A stretch of DNA of 64,000 nt from Ophelia neglecta (GCA_965285935.1 OZ260664.1:19468001-19532000); one strand, 5' to 3'; counted from the first letter of the stretch, positions 39,917 to 55,600 are shown. Translations and numbers: made by a program. The notes: generated from the letters alone by a model not told the origin.

Positions 39917-40094
39917 CAGTGAAACCTGCCTTAAAGACCACCTCTATAATCAGAACACTTGTCAATACAGACCACTAATATGAGGATGTTGCTGTATAAT
40001 TACAATGTTAAATAACCTATCTAAACAGACCACCTGTGAAATCAGACCAGTAATTTCCAGTCCCTTGGGTGGTCTTAATTCACAGGTTTCACTG
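39917..40094. mobile_element. MITE, copy 2, about 1.1 kb upstream of the start codon
   Basis: Perfect 12-bp TIR CAGTGAAACCTG...CAGGTTTCACTG|TA; internal sequence shared with copy 1 (e.g. CCAGTCCCTTGGGTGGTCT). Confidence 0.8.
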
Positions 40095-40855
40095 TAGTTA
40101 ATAATAAACGGGAAAGTTGAGTTAGTATAAATCGTTTGAATATCCAGTGTACTCAGAAATGAAAACGATGTCATCACATCTTTTGCTTAGCACACCCAAC
40201 AAGATGGCTAAGCTAAATTAGCACGTTTCCATTTGAACTGTACTTGCCAACGACTCATGCTCAAGTTCAACTTGCGTCTGATTTCCACACTTATCACGAC
40301 ATTATCAGTAGTAAAATATACTCAAGACTGTCGGGTATTAATTAGCAATAAACAATGTAAGATTAAGTGCTTTTTGATTTTATAAGTGGGTCAGTGTCTA
40401 CATGTTCTAGCCATTGTCCTGGATCCATAGAAAAGTTTTATAAGTTATAAGTTCCACCTCAAATAAAGTCTCGTCATTTGTCGAGGAAGTCAGGTCAGAC
40501 AGCTTGTAGGGTGTAATCAAGGTACTTCTATTGACACCCAATATGTCTGGTTCTCAGCCCGCCTGTAGTAAACTTTACCACGAGTTCCACAAAAAAACGT
40601 ACGGCGAATGCGTTTTTATTTTGCTGCAACACACTGGATTTCACTGCCATTGAAATAATGCAATATTCAATTTCTTCTCTGGGTTGACATTTTTTTTCAC
40701 TTTGGATTGCGAATCAGAATTCCAATAAGATATGTGCATTAATTTTATGTTTGTAGGTGGTATCAATAAATATATAATTATAGTATCGTTTCTTACTAAT
40801 GGTCTTCCTTTCTGATATTATCTTATTTTAATTCTCCTAACGTATTTACTGTTAT

Positions 40856-40930
40856 TGTAAAGCGCCTACGAGCGGCCACATACTAGATTCGGAAGCCACA
40901 TGAATAAATGTCTTTAGTGTTATTATTATT
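40856..40930 (+). mobile_element. Possible 3' terminal remnant of an L2/CR1-type LINE
   Basis: TGTAAAGCGCC...GAG motif, AATAAA at 40903-40908 and (TTA)n tail, resembling L2-type 3' ends. Confidence 0.4.
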
Positions 40931-43900
40931 TTTCTTAGTATGAGGCTACTAGTGAGCTTAGTCCATCGTTGGATCTCCTACGTCTTATTTCACCTATCGT
41001 ATAAGTGAACCACTGGATCGTTTGTTATGCGCTCTGACTCGCATCATGAAATTGTTGACTACAATTGACTTAATTTCCCCCCCGTCTCCCAATGAGCAGT
41101 TATTAGGTTACGCCGCCTTCCACTCAATGACGCCGACATGCAGCTGCAGGAGGAAGCCGACCGGATGTGTGATATTACGTCGTCTTTGGTGCACCTTTGC
41201 CACCGCCTGTGTAAATAGTTGGGATTAAGTGCAGCATATTCATCGCTGAATGATAAACATAGTTCTAACGCCAGGATTGTCTCACATGATCACGAGACTT
41301 CATTTCCTTGTCGATTTTGTATGTGGGTCATCAGCAACAATAATACATGAAATTCCTTGGCATCCATTGCAAATATTCGCTCTCGAATTATCTGCCTGGA
41401 GTAATGTCCAACTTATTTAAAAGTTGCACTAGCTCTATTAGTATTAGTAAGTTTAGTTAAAGTAGCGTATAAAAAACAAGTTTCCTTTACCAACTAGGTA
41501 GATGTTTTACTTCCCTTTTGAAGCAAGGACATTAATAAATCAGTGTTGATGGTGCTACCGAAAACAAATGAAACACGCTTGAATCTGCCGAACAAATTAT
41601 TACATTTATTTACAGAAAGACTTCATAGAGTTACTTTTAATGAAAGTGTCACTGTCAAAGTCGTAAACAATTTGTGGATTCGAAGTCTGAAGTTAAGAGT
41701 TAATAATGGACCTTCAGTTGGTGAAACCTCCACGTCATTTAGGAATAATTCATAGACGCATACTTGTACTTATGATGCATTGGTGGCCAAGCCAAAGACA
41801 TGTCAAACTTCCTGCGTGGCTTTGCTCTTTTTTGGATATGTTGTTGCCTAAACATGTATCTTTTAGTGAAAAAGAACAGGTCAGCCCGAGTCATATCGTG
41901 AGTAGTTAAAAAACGACCAGTCCCGCTCTTTAACGTGTAAGAGATAGGGATTTTAATTACGTCCCTGCAAGACACCATCTAGGAGTTTTCATATATAATT
42001 GAAATCGTTCTAGCCTAAATTATTTAATCCTCATCGGGAGAACTATCATAAGTTTTATTCGCCATCGTGGTGTACAAATCATCAATCTATAAGTAGTGCG
42101 TCATGGCTTTGAATTTAATTGATCATTAATCATTGAGGCATCGTTGTGAGCCAATGAAGCATGACATGAAGCAACCAAGTGTGTTGGGGTTTTAAAACGT
42201 ATGCTGGGTTTATCGCGTGAACTGTGAATTTGATCTATATGCATTTGAATCCATAAACAAAGTAAGAAATAACACTTAGTTTGACATTTTACACGTAACT
42301 CGGTTTTCAGAGGAACAACAGTCATAATTGCTGTGGAACTCACACACACGTAACGGTATATGTATATACATATATGTTTGTGTGTTTAATTATGTATACT
42401 ATGCAATGCATGCGTATTTGTAACAACAAATGTTGTTTTTCACAACGTTGCGGCCTAACGTGCAGTCAAGACCATTAATTCTTTTCCACATGTCCATATA
42501 CGCAATAAGACAAGCGACGCACCTAAGTATCGTGACCTAAGTAGTAAGGTTATGGCTGCTTTACAAGATGACTTTCAACTCCTAATTACACAAGTAACTT
42601 TGCAAAACGATCGCCTTAAACCAAACACCCGACCGTCTACAATACCTGAGGCTTATTGAATCTGGTTTTCACAATTTATGTTAACAGGAGGAGGAATCCG
42701 TGTCTATAAAAGCATTGACAAGGAATCAATTTACTAAAGAAAGGGTTCATCCAATGAGGCATCTAAGGGACTGACGGTATTAAGTCTTGGTATAAATCAG
42801 ACAGTGTTCGTAAGCCAGAAATTTCGCACTCATATTACAATATTTAATATTTCTATCGTAGGAAATAAACTCCCTTAAGGGGTATTCCTAGTTTGCCATG
42901 TATATTTCCATGTAGCCCTATGGGATATTCCTATGCAGCCCTATTTTCTATAGAAAATTCAGCGAAGAAAATACTGTGGAATACATGTGTACCGTTAACG
43001 TTGGACGCCTTTTAATGTTTTGTTTGTTAATATGATATATAATACCCACAAGTACAAATGAATACATCAACTGACACAATAAAGAAGAAATTAAAGGGAA
43101 AAGTACATATATAAAGAAAAGGCACAAAATTAATATGATACAAAGTAGCAGGCAAAATGAACCTTATTTGTGGCATCAGAATAATTCAACATTACAACAA
43201 AATGTGTTAAGACATTGTGTTGTAGTAATCTGAGAATTTGAAAATAAAGCAATAGGTATATATGTCGTCACACAAGGGATGAACAGTTTCTCGCAATCCC
43301 TATTAAATTCTTTTTAGATTTGATTTACTTTCCGCAAAATTGAGATCCTTGTACAGTAGTGTGTTAGGCAGCCGATATATCCAAAAAGTTCATTTAAGGG
43401 CCACGGACACATTTGATATCCGTTTTATTATATTATTTCCTTTTGAATTTTATGTTAGACAGAGGCCGTACTGAGCAAAACGAGACTATGTTATACCGAT
43501 ATGTGTGTTGGTTTAAATCTTTGGTGAGTTGCCATGGATGCACTATTTCAACACCGATATTGGTTTAACCAAAATCAACTTCTTATGGCATCGGATAGGG
43601 TAAACAAAGGATATACGAAATGATCTTTTGGACGTTTGTGCCTTCATGAGAAGGTCATTTGCTTTCATCTGAACAGCGTCTAACCTTTTTTCAGTTTGCT
43701 TTCCAGGTTAAATTGAAGTCAGCCAAAGCAAACAGTAGTTGATCTTTTTATAGGTACCTATTTGAATAGATTTGCATTAGATGTTTTCAAAATAGATATT
43801 TGTAGGCTAGGTATAAAGAATTTGGATCAACTTTGTGGTCATACCAGAATAACTTCTATCATTGAAAGACTGAAAGTTTAATGCTCAGAAGATGATCAAA

Positions 43901-44568
43901 GTTAAAGTATTTTGCCGCGCGAGAATTTTTCGGGCATTGCTTTGAGCAGTTTATTCCCGCTAACTAGCAGAGAACTTGCATCAATCGGCGGAGGAATAGA
44001 AATATTACTTTTCAAATCATGGCAGGAAATTGTCCTGGTGGAATGCGCAAATGTATACATTTCCTTTCCGACAATCAGCGACCTCATTTCCCGGACATAA
44101 TAAACACTACATATCTATCTCGACGAAAGTAAGCCAATGAACAAACACGGCTTCACTCCCTACCAATCTCCACGAAATGGCCTCCAAGGGATTTGTTTCG
44201 CAGATTTTCGTCTGGTGTCAATCTGCATTAGAGCTTTATAGGCATTCCTTATATTCCAAACAAAAGCCATACATTATAGTCCAAAGTGCGGCGCCCATGT
44301 GGTTTTTTCATGCCGTTTGTCGCCTAATCTTATATTTACCAGCACAAAAGATAGTGTGTTAATCACTTGACTTATTCCATTAATTTCTCAGACCAAATCA
44401 CTTTTGATTACCGTGTGTCAAACACAATCACAGTGTAAACTATTGGGCACTATCGGGAGGTCGCTTATTTTAAAGCTTATTGTAGGTGCCCCCGTGAAAA
44501 ACACTCCTACACTCTCTCCAAGGAGCGCAAATATGAAAGAGCGAAGATGGCGGTGTTGCCATCTTTCG

Positions 44569-44618
44569 CTGTCTGTCTGTCTTCCTGTCTGTCTTTCTTT
44601 CTGTCTGTATGTCTGTTT
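44569..44618 (+). repeat. Degenerate (CTGT)n microsatellite
   Basis: ctgtctgtctgtcttcctgtctgtctttctttctgtctgtatgtctgt. Confidence 0.8.
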
Positions 44619-46563
44619 GAAGGCATGTTGGTCTGTAAATCGCTCTGCCATCACCTTGTGGCCCATGCGTGAAGTAATCACTTACGCCCGTAGTTAATCT
44701 ATTTTACCTAACATGGATTAAGCTTTTAGATATATTATAGTGGTGAAACCGGGGGCAAGCTTCACTCACTCCCTAGGATTTAAATTGCTGGCCAGATAAA
44801 ATCCGTTTTTTAACGGCACGCTCCAAGAACAGGTAGTTGCTATGGCTGACATCCGTGAGTTTTCTTAAAAGAAACTGCACAAAAACCATGATTCTTAAAT
44901 GTTCTTTCGTTTGTCTTTCTGTTGGCGAATCCATCCATTCGTCTATTTTTCTGTACACTCAGCTTATCGCCAGTACCATCGTGCGTCTTTAGGTCAGGAC
45001 AGTGTCCTTGACAGTCTTTGACCTTGACTTGGGCTCCATTTCCTATTACAAATGGTCGTGCTAAGTGATTGTGGCCATTGATCTAATTCGCCCGCTGGTC
45101 AAAGTAAAATTAGCATTTCATTGTCGTAGATATTGGGTTAAATTAGTTGAAGCAAATTTTAATCCTGCAAGGTGTCAAAAGAAAAGAGGGATATCGATTG
45201 AAAGGGTAATTATCATGGACAGAGATAATACTATAATTGGTTGTGGTGGAAGTTATAAAAGGCTGCCTTTTAGTTGAATATAGGAGACCAAGTTTGGAAG
45301 CTATTCCAGTGGGGTCAGATAAGGGAAATTGATTCCTTAATGGTATATTTATATAAAGTACCAAAAGGAATTGGACAGACAGACCATACTAACGTCAGCA
45401 TGTTGACTTGTACATGTTGCCATTTTCCTATTCACGCAGTATAATGACAGATCGCGATATACGTCCTGAAACTGTCATCGCTGTTGTATTGGGGATTGTC
45501 TTTAGGAATTGACAGGGTATCATACCACTTAATTTCATCGCATTTCAATCAAAAATCAAAATCTGCAATCACGCTATGCTTCTTTTTTGGGTCAAGCCAA
45601 TCACAGAGCTTCAGTTCTGGTCAGACTAGTTCTGGCCAGACTACCGCGGACAACAACCCGGGCGTTCTCTCGTCGACAATAAATAATCTCTGGCCGCCTT
45701 TGTCATTCTATCCGTGTCATTCTTCATTCATAAAGTCATTAATAGTTGGCTCAGTATCAGTCGAGTGCACCCACAGTGGACTCACATCTGTTAGATAAAT
45801 TCAGTGTTGAAATGTATCATTTATAATCATTAAGAGTATTAGAGACAGGACTGCGGCAATAAATTACAACCCTTCCACATGCATTATCCAGTCTAAAGCG
45901 ATCTTAATAAATCGAAAGCTGAAGTGAGCTTTTCAAAAAATATTTTGTTTCGATTATCTGATAATATGTTGAAATCATTGACATTGTCGAAATGTTATCT
46001 CACATTCCGATATTCGAATGCATTTCTCAAATTGTCATGGCTCTCAGCTGGAAAATTGATCAATTGGTTTCGCGCCATCAGGAAGCCAACGCTACAAGTC
46101 GGCCTTCACAGCATTGCAGGCCAATGAAATGTGAAATGTGCGTTCATTTGTTAATAGAACAGATGTTTCCGCAACGCCATGACAACAGAGAATGTGATCT
46201 GTGGAACGTCTATCATCATTTTTTTTTTTATCTCTCTGAGAAAAATATCTGGCATTTCGTGGGAAAATTTCAATATGTAACAATGTATTCCGAAAGAGTG
46301 GAACCGAACACCCTACGGAGCGTGCAACATCAAACACTGAAGACGAGGATACCCCTGTTTATCGCCCATGAGTGCTGTGTATTCTGGACAGTCGTTTCCA
46401 AACAATTCACAGTGGGACGCAAATCGTATGGTTTACCAATAATATGTGTAGTGAGATACGTGAGCGCAGTAAGGCTGAACTGGCCTGTCGAAAATCCAAA
46501 CTAGCCGCTCAAACCCAAAGACTGGATGCGATAGTATGCGAGGGCTGAGGAAACATATTTTTG

Positions 46564-46615
46564 AGGGGAAGGAGGGGGAGGAGAGGAGGGGGAGGAGGGG
46601 AGGAGGGAGAGGGGG
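46564..46615 (+). repeat. Pure polypurine (G/A) tract
   Basis: About 52 nt containing only G and A. Confidence 0.8.
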
Positions 46616-49600
46616 TGTTTGACAAGGAATTGTGACACAATCAGCTAGTTACACCCCATGTCGGGGTGGTGGTTAGGGGTAAAAACAAATTTACCAACAA
46701 TATTTTCAATTGTTCAATACTGTGAAAGAGGATGTTCGAAATTTTGGACGTTAAACCGTCACCTTGATCAATGTCCGTTCACAAAACATTTAAATTACAA
46801 AAAGGTGTTTCGTTTTGCAACAAATAATAAAACATCTTGAAAATCATACACGAAAGTTGACCATGCAATTTAAAATGGAAAACTATTAAAATGCCCCTAC
46901 GAAAAGAACAGTGTTCGCGTACTCAAAAAAGGGGAAGGATGGGGCGAAATATCAATTAGTGACGTGGCGCATTTTTTTAAGTGTTTAAAGTTCCCACGTA
47001 TTGCACGGTTCAGGTTTGAAAGAAATACCGATAAAAAAAAATTAATAATAACAAACTAAATTAAACTAAACATGTCGGCAATTTGTAGTGTACGTTGCAT
47101 ATTCTTCACCGCAGCCAATATATATTATTGGAAGGTAGATTTAAATTAGCCTACAGTGCTAGCCACCTGATTTCAAATGCCATTATCGTAGTGCATCATA
47201 CTGCTATTAAATTAGGCATAGTCAACGTGAAAAGGATGCTATCTCCTATATAGAATTGATCCTTTGGAAAAACAGCATCCTACATGCAGGAGCGCAAACA
47301 ATAACAGTGTACCGATGGACAGAATACTTGTGAACGCCGCTTTCTTATACAGAGTCCAAACACTAATTTAGTAGCGTTGGCTACCTGGCAAGAGGCGCCA
47401 GTCGACATGATATAGGGCACGGTAGATCATGATACCCAAATCGATACTATCCTCAATTCTTGACAAAATATCGTCTCGTGGAAGAAATTAAACACTGTGG
47501 CATGATTTCAGTCATGGATTGAGACAAGCGTTCGAAAAACTCAATGACGCCATTACTGAAATCATGTGTAGATCCTTTAAGAAAAATCAGATAGTTCAAG
47601 ACAACATCCATCAACTTCAAAGGATAATTCGAAGGGCTGGCCACTAAACCTGTGTGAAAGACACGTAGACAGGCCTTGCTTGTGACTAGCCTATTTGTAT
47701 AGAAATAACAATATTTTTCAGGGATTAACATCTGGCATATATCGTGATCTACTTACATGTATTTCAATTTTGCACAGGGATAAAATTGAAATAATAGTCA
47801 TTTTCAAAAATACCATGAAATAATATTATACCAAATATATCGTTAACTTTTTGAGGAAGTCACCTAACGCGTTAGTTTTGCTATAGGAGAGTTTGATTTT
47901 CAAACGTGTTATAAGCCCTAAGTACAAACATTTTAGAAAGGAACGTGGCACAGAGATGTGAACCATCAGTATTTAGGTATGAACAAGAATAAAGTATTCA
48001 CAATACGCTAAAAGCTAATGCAAGGGGCGCCCATTTTATTATGAAAATACTGAAGAATGATACCAGTATTTCATATTAATAAAAATGGGCCTTCATTAAA
48101 TTAGATTTGACACAATACCTATAGGTATAGTAAAGCATGATATCAAATGGAATGACGATAATGGAAAACTTAGACATAAATTCATAACGCTATAATTTGT
48201 ACCAATAATGATTGCCCGGGATATCCTCTTATCATCGACAAGTCGTTATTACCCTACGTTGGTTACTATTATAGGTTCTTTTATAACCAGTCATTAGATT
48301 ACGTTTAAGACTGCTGCATAACAAAGACCTGGCTTGCTTCCTTCGTTGAGAGTAAGCCTTAAATATATCACACAGTTCTCAATGTGAATAGATGGCCCTT
48401 CATGCCCTACAACAACATCTGTTACATGTGTTCTTATACGTGTATGTCTATGAAAAACAACTCAGGTCGCATTGTAGTTTGTCAGGAAATGTTCAAAAAC
48501 ACATGAAAAACTTGGGGAAGTTAAAATGACAGGAATGTAATCTACCTCTTATAAACGCAATGTATTCTGGTTGATTTCTTTCCATTAACTTTTCACCGAC
48601 TACCAACATATTTATACACGGCATGTAAAGGCGATTTTACGAACGATTTCTTGTAGTCATATAGCTAAGGAGATTTACATTCCGTCGACGACTGGGACGA
48701 GTCAGAGGCACGCGTTAACCTGTGTGGAGAATAGAAGACCAATGAACACACACACAACTAACACCTTTCATTGTTATTTGTATGAAACCGAAATGTCAAA
48801 AAGAGAGTTTAGTTCACTGACATTCATGGTAGCTGTTTAAAATGCCAGGCTGACCATTAAAGGAAGTTCGTCCCGGCATGTATAACACCCAGTGGTAAAG
48901 GTGAAGTATCCACGTGACATTCAAATATCAGCAGATGTCACTTTTAGAATAATTTACTATAAAATGAAGTAACATGTGGTATAAACTGTTTCCCTCATTA
49001 GCTTACACCAAACCCGGATGTTAAACCTTTGGTAGATTAGAGTTACAAAGAAGATACCACGTTGTAGTTAGAACGGACCATTATTTTACATGAAATATGT
49101 TATTCCACTAACTTTTGCCTACAATTATACTATAAGAATAATAGTGTGTGAGAGAAGAAGGTATGAAGGTTTTCGTTACAATATCAGCAAATGCAAAACA
49201 TGTTTCTAGTACACAATACAAGTCATATACAAACGGGTTAGTGTGTAACAATATCGTACACTGTGATGGTTCTATGTATTTGGCATTGCGAACGTTGCGC
49301 AGTTTGCTTGGCATGAGTGTGCAGCGAGGATATCATGATTTTACTTTACCGCTAGGAACCTTTTTATCAACATCATAGAGAAACATCTGTTAGGAAATAG
49401 CCACCGGGACCCGAGGCTTTGATGTGAGCAATAACCTTTATTACCGAATAGAACTTTTACTTTATAATTCCTATTGGCTAAAGGGAGACAAATAAAGGCA
49501 CTGTGTTTGCCATGTTTAATACGCACATATGTAAATTTGCAGACTAGAGATATTAGAATTAGTAAGGCAAGGTTATATAGATATATGAAACAAATAAATG

Positions 49601-52600
49601 AGCGAATTGATGATTTTTAGCATATAGTTGAAATGCGTCTCGATTCTTCGTCTATAGGTGATGGAGTGTTAATGCAACTGTAATATGTTATTATAATGCA
49701 CGGAACGCTTTTTTAATTTTCATGTATCTACATTAAAAAAATTAATTCCATAGAACAAAACACTTTCTATCCAGGAGACATTTTATTTACTGTTTGTAAG
49801 GAATTGATGACATTTAACTGATCCATATCCATGTGAATATTTATTTCTAAAATATTCATATACTCTCATTATATTTCAAAACAAAAAAGAAAAAATCAAC
49901 GGGAAAAAGAGTTTAATGGGTTCACTTTTCTAACACGAGCGCACGCATGTTATAGTTATACATGATGCAGATAAACTTCCATACACACTGGACCTCAGAA
50001 CACTTTAACACAAAATCAATTTATATTTGTTTTTGCCTTATACAAATTAATATCGCAGGCTTTTGTTTCACCACGAGTCAGACATTAGGTTACTAGCGGC
50101 CCCCTTCTACGGCATGCGAGTGCCTTGATGATTCAGTATGGAACATAAGGTTTGAGCTAGATGGAGGAGGAAATGTTGAATCATGATTCATTACTGTTAA
50201 TCTGCTTCATGCGAAAGGTTTATACATTGTTGCAATGCGTTATTTCCTTGAGCGAAAACTTTGTTACAACTAAAAAAAGGTTTTTTTTCCAATTGAACTT
50301 ATTCGAACTTAAATGATCCATCTAATTTTGACCAAAAGCATGCAGACATAAACATTTCTGTTACTTGTACAAAGTACACTTGACAGATCAAAACAAGAAA
50401 TGCATATACTAAAAAATGAAACTATTGAGCTAATTTCTAATATTGGCTTTTTCTTTGACATAATAAAAAAAAATCGGGTAGTCCTTCTTGCATACTAGAA
50501 ACATTGATCACGCTTGGTTTTGAGATGCGACCACCATTAGTGAAAAGATCACAAGTGTAACCATTTTGGCATGTAAAATTTTCTTCATCTACTCTAGTTT
50601 TGTAGGGAAAATAGGGCATTGTTTTTGCTGAGACTTGTCCCATTAGGATGAGAGATCACATTTAGTGATCAACCTCTAAATATCGAGGACAAACCCCAAT
50701 GCACTCCGCACATAAGTTTTTGCGGAACGGTGCCGCACTTAGTGTCTACCAGGATCCAAGGGACATAGCTTGCGAATACAAATAGCTTTTTATAGTTAAT
50801 CTAAGATGGGCAGTAGACTCCTGGACGACCAACGAAAACAACACATTACAATCTCCTTCAATTCTCTCCACTTTAGTTTCTTCGCAGTGCTTAATTTTTC
50901 ATAATTGTAAAATTCGGAAATGCGTTTTGGCTGCTTCGCAGTGCTTGGGTGTTAGGAACTGCATGCATTTCTGCATTTCTGTCTGATTGGCATAGGCGTC
51001 ATCTAGCTTTAATCCGAAGTAGCATTTATGTTAATGTTTTGATTCATATTATACTATAGTCTCTCTTTGCCGAATTTTTAGAGCAAATGATTTTGTTGTG
51101 CCTGTCAGTTATCACATTACAAGGCGATGGTCCGAGGTATTCAAGGAGGAATCTAGCAGCCCCGAGCAGTTGTCCATCACATAAAAGTAATTTTTAGGCA
51201 CTCAAATATGATCTTTTTAGTGAATGAATGTGTGTTTGCAGATGAGGCTTTAAAGTGCACGTTTGGCATTTAATGTTCCCATTTGTGTGTTGGGATCTCC
51301 TGCAAACAGTGCTAGTCCAAACTGACTATAGTATTTGTTTAAATTGCCATTTTTGGAAATATTCCCAATATATGTGGTTTCAAGGGAGAATAGGTATGAA
51401 CTACACCGTTTGATTGTGCTGTTAATATGAATATCGATTGTAATGTGCATTATCCATTGTTGATAGAGAGTATCCTAACGATTTGGGCCGTAATATTGCA
51501 ACACGCCCGGCTCTTCCGGTTAAGGCTGCTATAATCGTCTATCCACCCTTACAAAAGAATCAAACTTAGTATTCCAGGAACTGGTGTTTGTAGGTCCAAG
51601 GTGATCTTCTTGCAATAAGCTAAACACCGCCGTTAGGACATTAGAAACAATTTTGGAAACACCTAGCGGTGTCCCTGTCTGACCATTTGTCAAAATGAAT
51701 GCTTTAATTGTGGCTTTTGTTATTTCGCAATTGTAATTTTCTTTTCTTACAGTAAGTCGCATATTGTAAAACCTAATACAAATATCAAATTCGAGACACA
51801 TATGAGAGAAACAAGGTACACGAAGCAAACTATATGTGTTTATAGCCTATACTTTACTTCGTTAGGTAAACGTATAAATGTCCAGCTTTCGACAACTGGC
51901 AAGATATTGGCCAGGTAAAAATAAAAATATTGCGCTCATTTGGAGTATGGAGCCTAGCAAGGTATTGCAGATCGATAAGGCTTTTGAATGGTCGAGCGCT
52001 TCCGGTTTGCTGTTGAAGGCAATTGCGCAGGTAAAGTACCATCTTCAGGTCATACATTGCAAATATTTAATCAATGAAGCAGAATGTGACGTCAAATGGT
52101 CAGGAAGTGCCCGATTCGCCCAAGTAGTAGATCAATCAGGAACGTCCGGTGTCGATCTGTTACACCTTCATTCCCGCTTTGGCCGTTATATTGGCTATTT
52201 AAATGTGCGACTACCTTTATACCTTACTGAACTGCCGCACATCAGATAGACAGCTAAACATTCTCCACGGAACTTTGAAACATTGAAATTGGACATTTTT
52301 GATCCATTCAATATTCAATGGCACAAGCAAGCATAAACAAATAACGTGTGGAAACTGCATATGGATAAAAATGGTAAACAAATCTCGTCCTGAATGGGAA
52401 CTAATGAGTTTCCTTCGTGTAAAATGTAGCTGATGCCACCGATTTTAGCAAATTGAGCTGTACTGTTCATTAGGTTTATCCACACTGGATGTTCGCAAAT
52501 TTATCAAGCACATATAATGTCTAAACTAGGCAGCCTGATGTTCCATAGTGTTGACTTTTAGGGTGTTGACACACCGACGATTAATCGAACACTGCTGTCT

Positions 52601-55600
52601 AACACGAGCTTGACAGGTGATTAATATAATGCCTGGTTTACGAAGCCACGGGCATAAATTTGACATTCCCCAACCCTTAAGTGGCTCTGTCAAGAAATAC
52701 TAGAATATTGAAAACCCACCTGTTTTGGTATAAAAACTCATTACGTGTCCGCTTTCGGATCCTGTGATTATCTTCTTATTCCAAAATAAATTATATCTAT
52801 ATAACCGCCTGTCTCATTACACTAGTAAAAAAGGTCAATGTGATCTAGAAACCGGGGGACTTTACCTTCGACCTGCAGGATTGATATACTCAAACCAATT
52901 GAATTCTCCGCCACAAGGCATGTAAACCAATCAGAGGTGGCTAAATATTCAACATCCATGAGGCCAATGTAAAAGCATCGCTGATACCAGCGTATACCAG
53001 ACGACTCTATTCATGTAAATATCTATATACATGTCAATATTTGTCTTATATTTTGTCTGAACGTAGTTGTTCGGAATGTCTACCCTGAACCAAGTGCAAT
53101 ATAAACATTTTCGGCACTAAGTTCAGCAAGTTTTGGTTAAGCACGTGATCAGCAGGAAACACACCTAGAAAACAAATTTAAGTTTGTTCTTGTCTTTAAG
53201 GCGCACCAACACGACAATTAGATTTGCTTTACAGTTGATTTAATATGGATGACAAATTTGATACCGAACAATAACTTGTGCTCTATAAAATGAAAATTTA
53301 CCAAATTGTGTTGGTTGCGTTAGGTATTTTACTAGACAATAAAGCTTGCTTATAGCTCATTATGCATTATGTAAATGAGAATTCGCACATTTTCAATCAA
53401 CACATAGTTTTCATTTAACACATTTGCTTCAGAACTTAATATTAAAATCTGGTTACTATATAAATCGTACGTGAGCTATAAATATACATTTTACAGCCTA
53501 TAATCCATTACAAAGGACTCCAATTGATGGTTTTGGTCTATCAGAAATATATCTAAAGTTGAAAGTGGCGGCCATATTGGTTTCTAGGCTAAAATATTCT
53601 TCATTTGAAAGCAAGATGTACTACAGTAGCTTGTTCTTTTTAAGTCAAGCACTTTAAAGCATTTATTTCGATGCTACGTTATTATTCGCTCCAAAAATGT
53701 CTATGGGGGTGCATCTCGATTATAACTTCTGTAAAAAATAATAATCCTAGTTGATTACAGGTAAAGGAAAAATATCGTAATAGGCAAAATGGCAGCCACG
53801 ATTCTTAGGCACTGCTCTTTAAAAATAGTAATAAAATGCAGAACAGGCCATTAAAAATAATGTTGATGTGAGAGTAACACAATTTTATTTTATATACAAA
53901 CAATAAATCCCTTAGTACGCATTTTTCGAGTGTGCAGTTGAACTCTTCCATTGACCCAATACATTTTAGATATTCCAAATCGACAGAACAACAGTATGAC
54001 ATTTTGGACCATATCCTTAAAAGCAAAAATCTGTAAGCCCCTAAGAAAGGGAACAAAAGTCAAAACCGGCATGTTTAGTAGTCTCTGTTGGCTGGTGGCA
54101 TTTGCTGTGCGACCGTTTGTTTGTCACCATGTTGATCCTGGCCCATTTACATTGCGTCCGCTAAACATTCTCGACCTTGAACTCTGGCCGAAAACAAACG
54201 CCCTGCAAAAAAAAATGCTTAGTATTTTAACTATCTATCTATGAACGTGTGGGAAACAATTGCCTTAGGACAGCAAAGCGATAGATGAAGCAGAGAAAGA
54301 GGGGTTACACTAGCACTTTGGAGTGACCTATTCTTCTTTTCATGTATAATGATTATGTTCGCCATTGAAACTGGGGGGAAAAAATAGTACGCATATTAAT
54401 GCAATCCACCTTCTAGCTTTAAGTCTGGAACCAAACGCCAAAGGGGCAGTCATTGAAGCTTATTTAATTCACCACAGACCTGAAGCAGCCAAAACAAGCT
54501 TAAGTGGGTTGAGTGTCTCCTTGCTTTGCCGACAATAATAATGCTTATTGCCTGAGTTGAAGCAAGTCTGGTATCACTTTAAATGTATCCCTACCGAATG
54601 CTCTAAAACCATGTCGTCTCCCGAGTTCCATTTCGGACACATGCCTCATTTGTCCTTTATTTGCAACTCAGACATTCAAAGCAAACCGCCTGCTGTACAC
54701 ACGTAATGGCTACGTCTCTTCTTCAGATGTATTTCCTCCCTAAAGATGAGGGTAATGTATAATTCATTTACATTAGATGTCTTTGGATTTCGAAGTTTCC
54801 TTGGGAATGTTCTGAGAAAACTGATTCATCTATTGGGCAACTTGGACCTCAGAGTGGAAAACCATTGCAACAGCTCGTTGCATGTGATGTGTTTGTTTGT
54901 ATTCTCTGTAAAGCAGGATCTTGCCGTCAAATGAAACCTTGCACTGACTTATCGATATTCGCAATATTCGCAAAAAAGTTTACATGGGAGTTTAACATTT
55001 TCAATGTTAAGCCTCTCCAAAATCACTGACAAACCTGTTTTGGAGGATTTCGGTTGATAGACCCTAATGATTTTCGAAAGAGGGCTCAATTCTGTCTGTC
55101 TATCCGGTATCCGTTTTTGTTTAGAGTTGTTACTCACTTTTAACGACATGTGGGCGAAGTGAAATACATGCTTTTACCGTGTAGCTAGGGATTTTATCTT
55201 CTTCATTACCCTACTAGTACCCTACTTCTCAGAGAGTTATCGCTTCTTTGTCACTCCACCTTTGGTATACATCATTTTAATAGAACTAGCTTTTGAATCT
55301 GACAAAAACATAATACGCTGTTTCTTCAAATGGTATGGACAAAACGTCAACGATCATTCCTAAGTGTCTAGACCAGTATACGTTTATCAGCAACACGTAA
55401 AGTCTCTAAAAAATAAATTTTAGTTACCCCCTCCGCCCACTTTGAATTATTGGCAATTGATCTGCCCATTCATCAATACTCCGGAAATGCTACACACATC
55501 ATTTTAGGGAGAAGTCAAAGCAAGCGAGACGGGATTACCAGTGATTATCATACTTCAAATTTTCATCGATCGTTAAGGACTATATCTTCAACTAAATATC

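Noticed and set aside
43030-44400. Possible highly decayed LINE fragment (minus-strand hints such as NLTWKA, LDAVQMKA, TLDY)
   Set aside because: Hints are short, in different frames and not collinear; needs a translated search to support.
44400-45110. Possible non-autonomous Helentron-type element around the (CTGT)n tract and TGACCTTGAC motif
   Set aside because: Could not identify subterminal inverted repeats or boundaries; only the microsatellite is reported.
45992-46504. 170-aa plus-strand ORF
   Set aside because: No recognisable domain, composition typical of non-coding DNA, no supporting exon chain.
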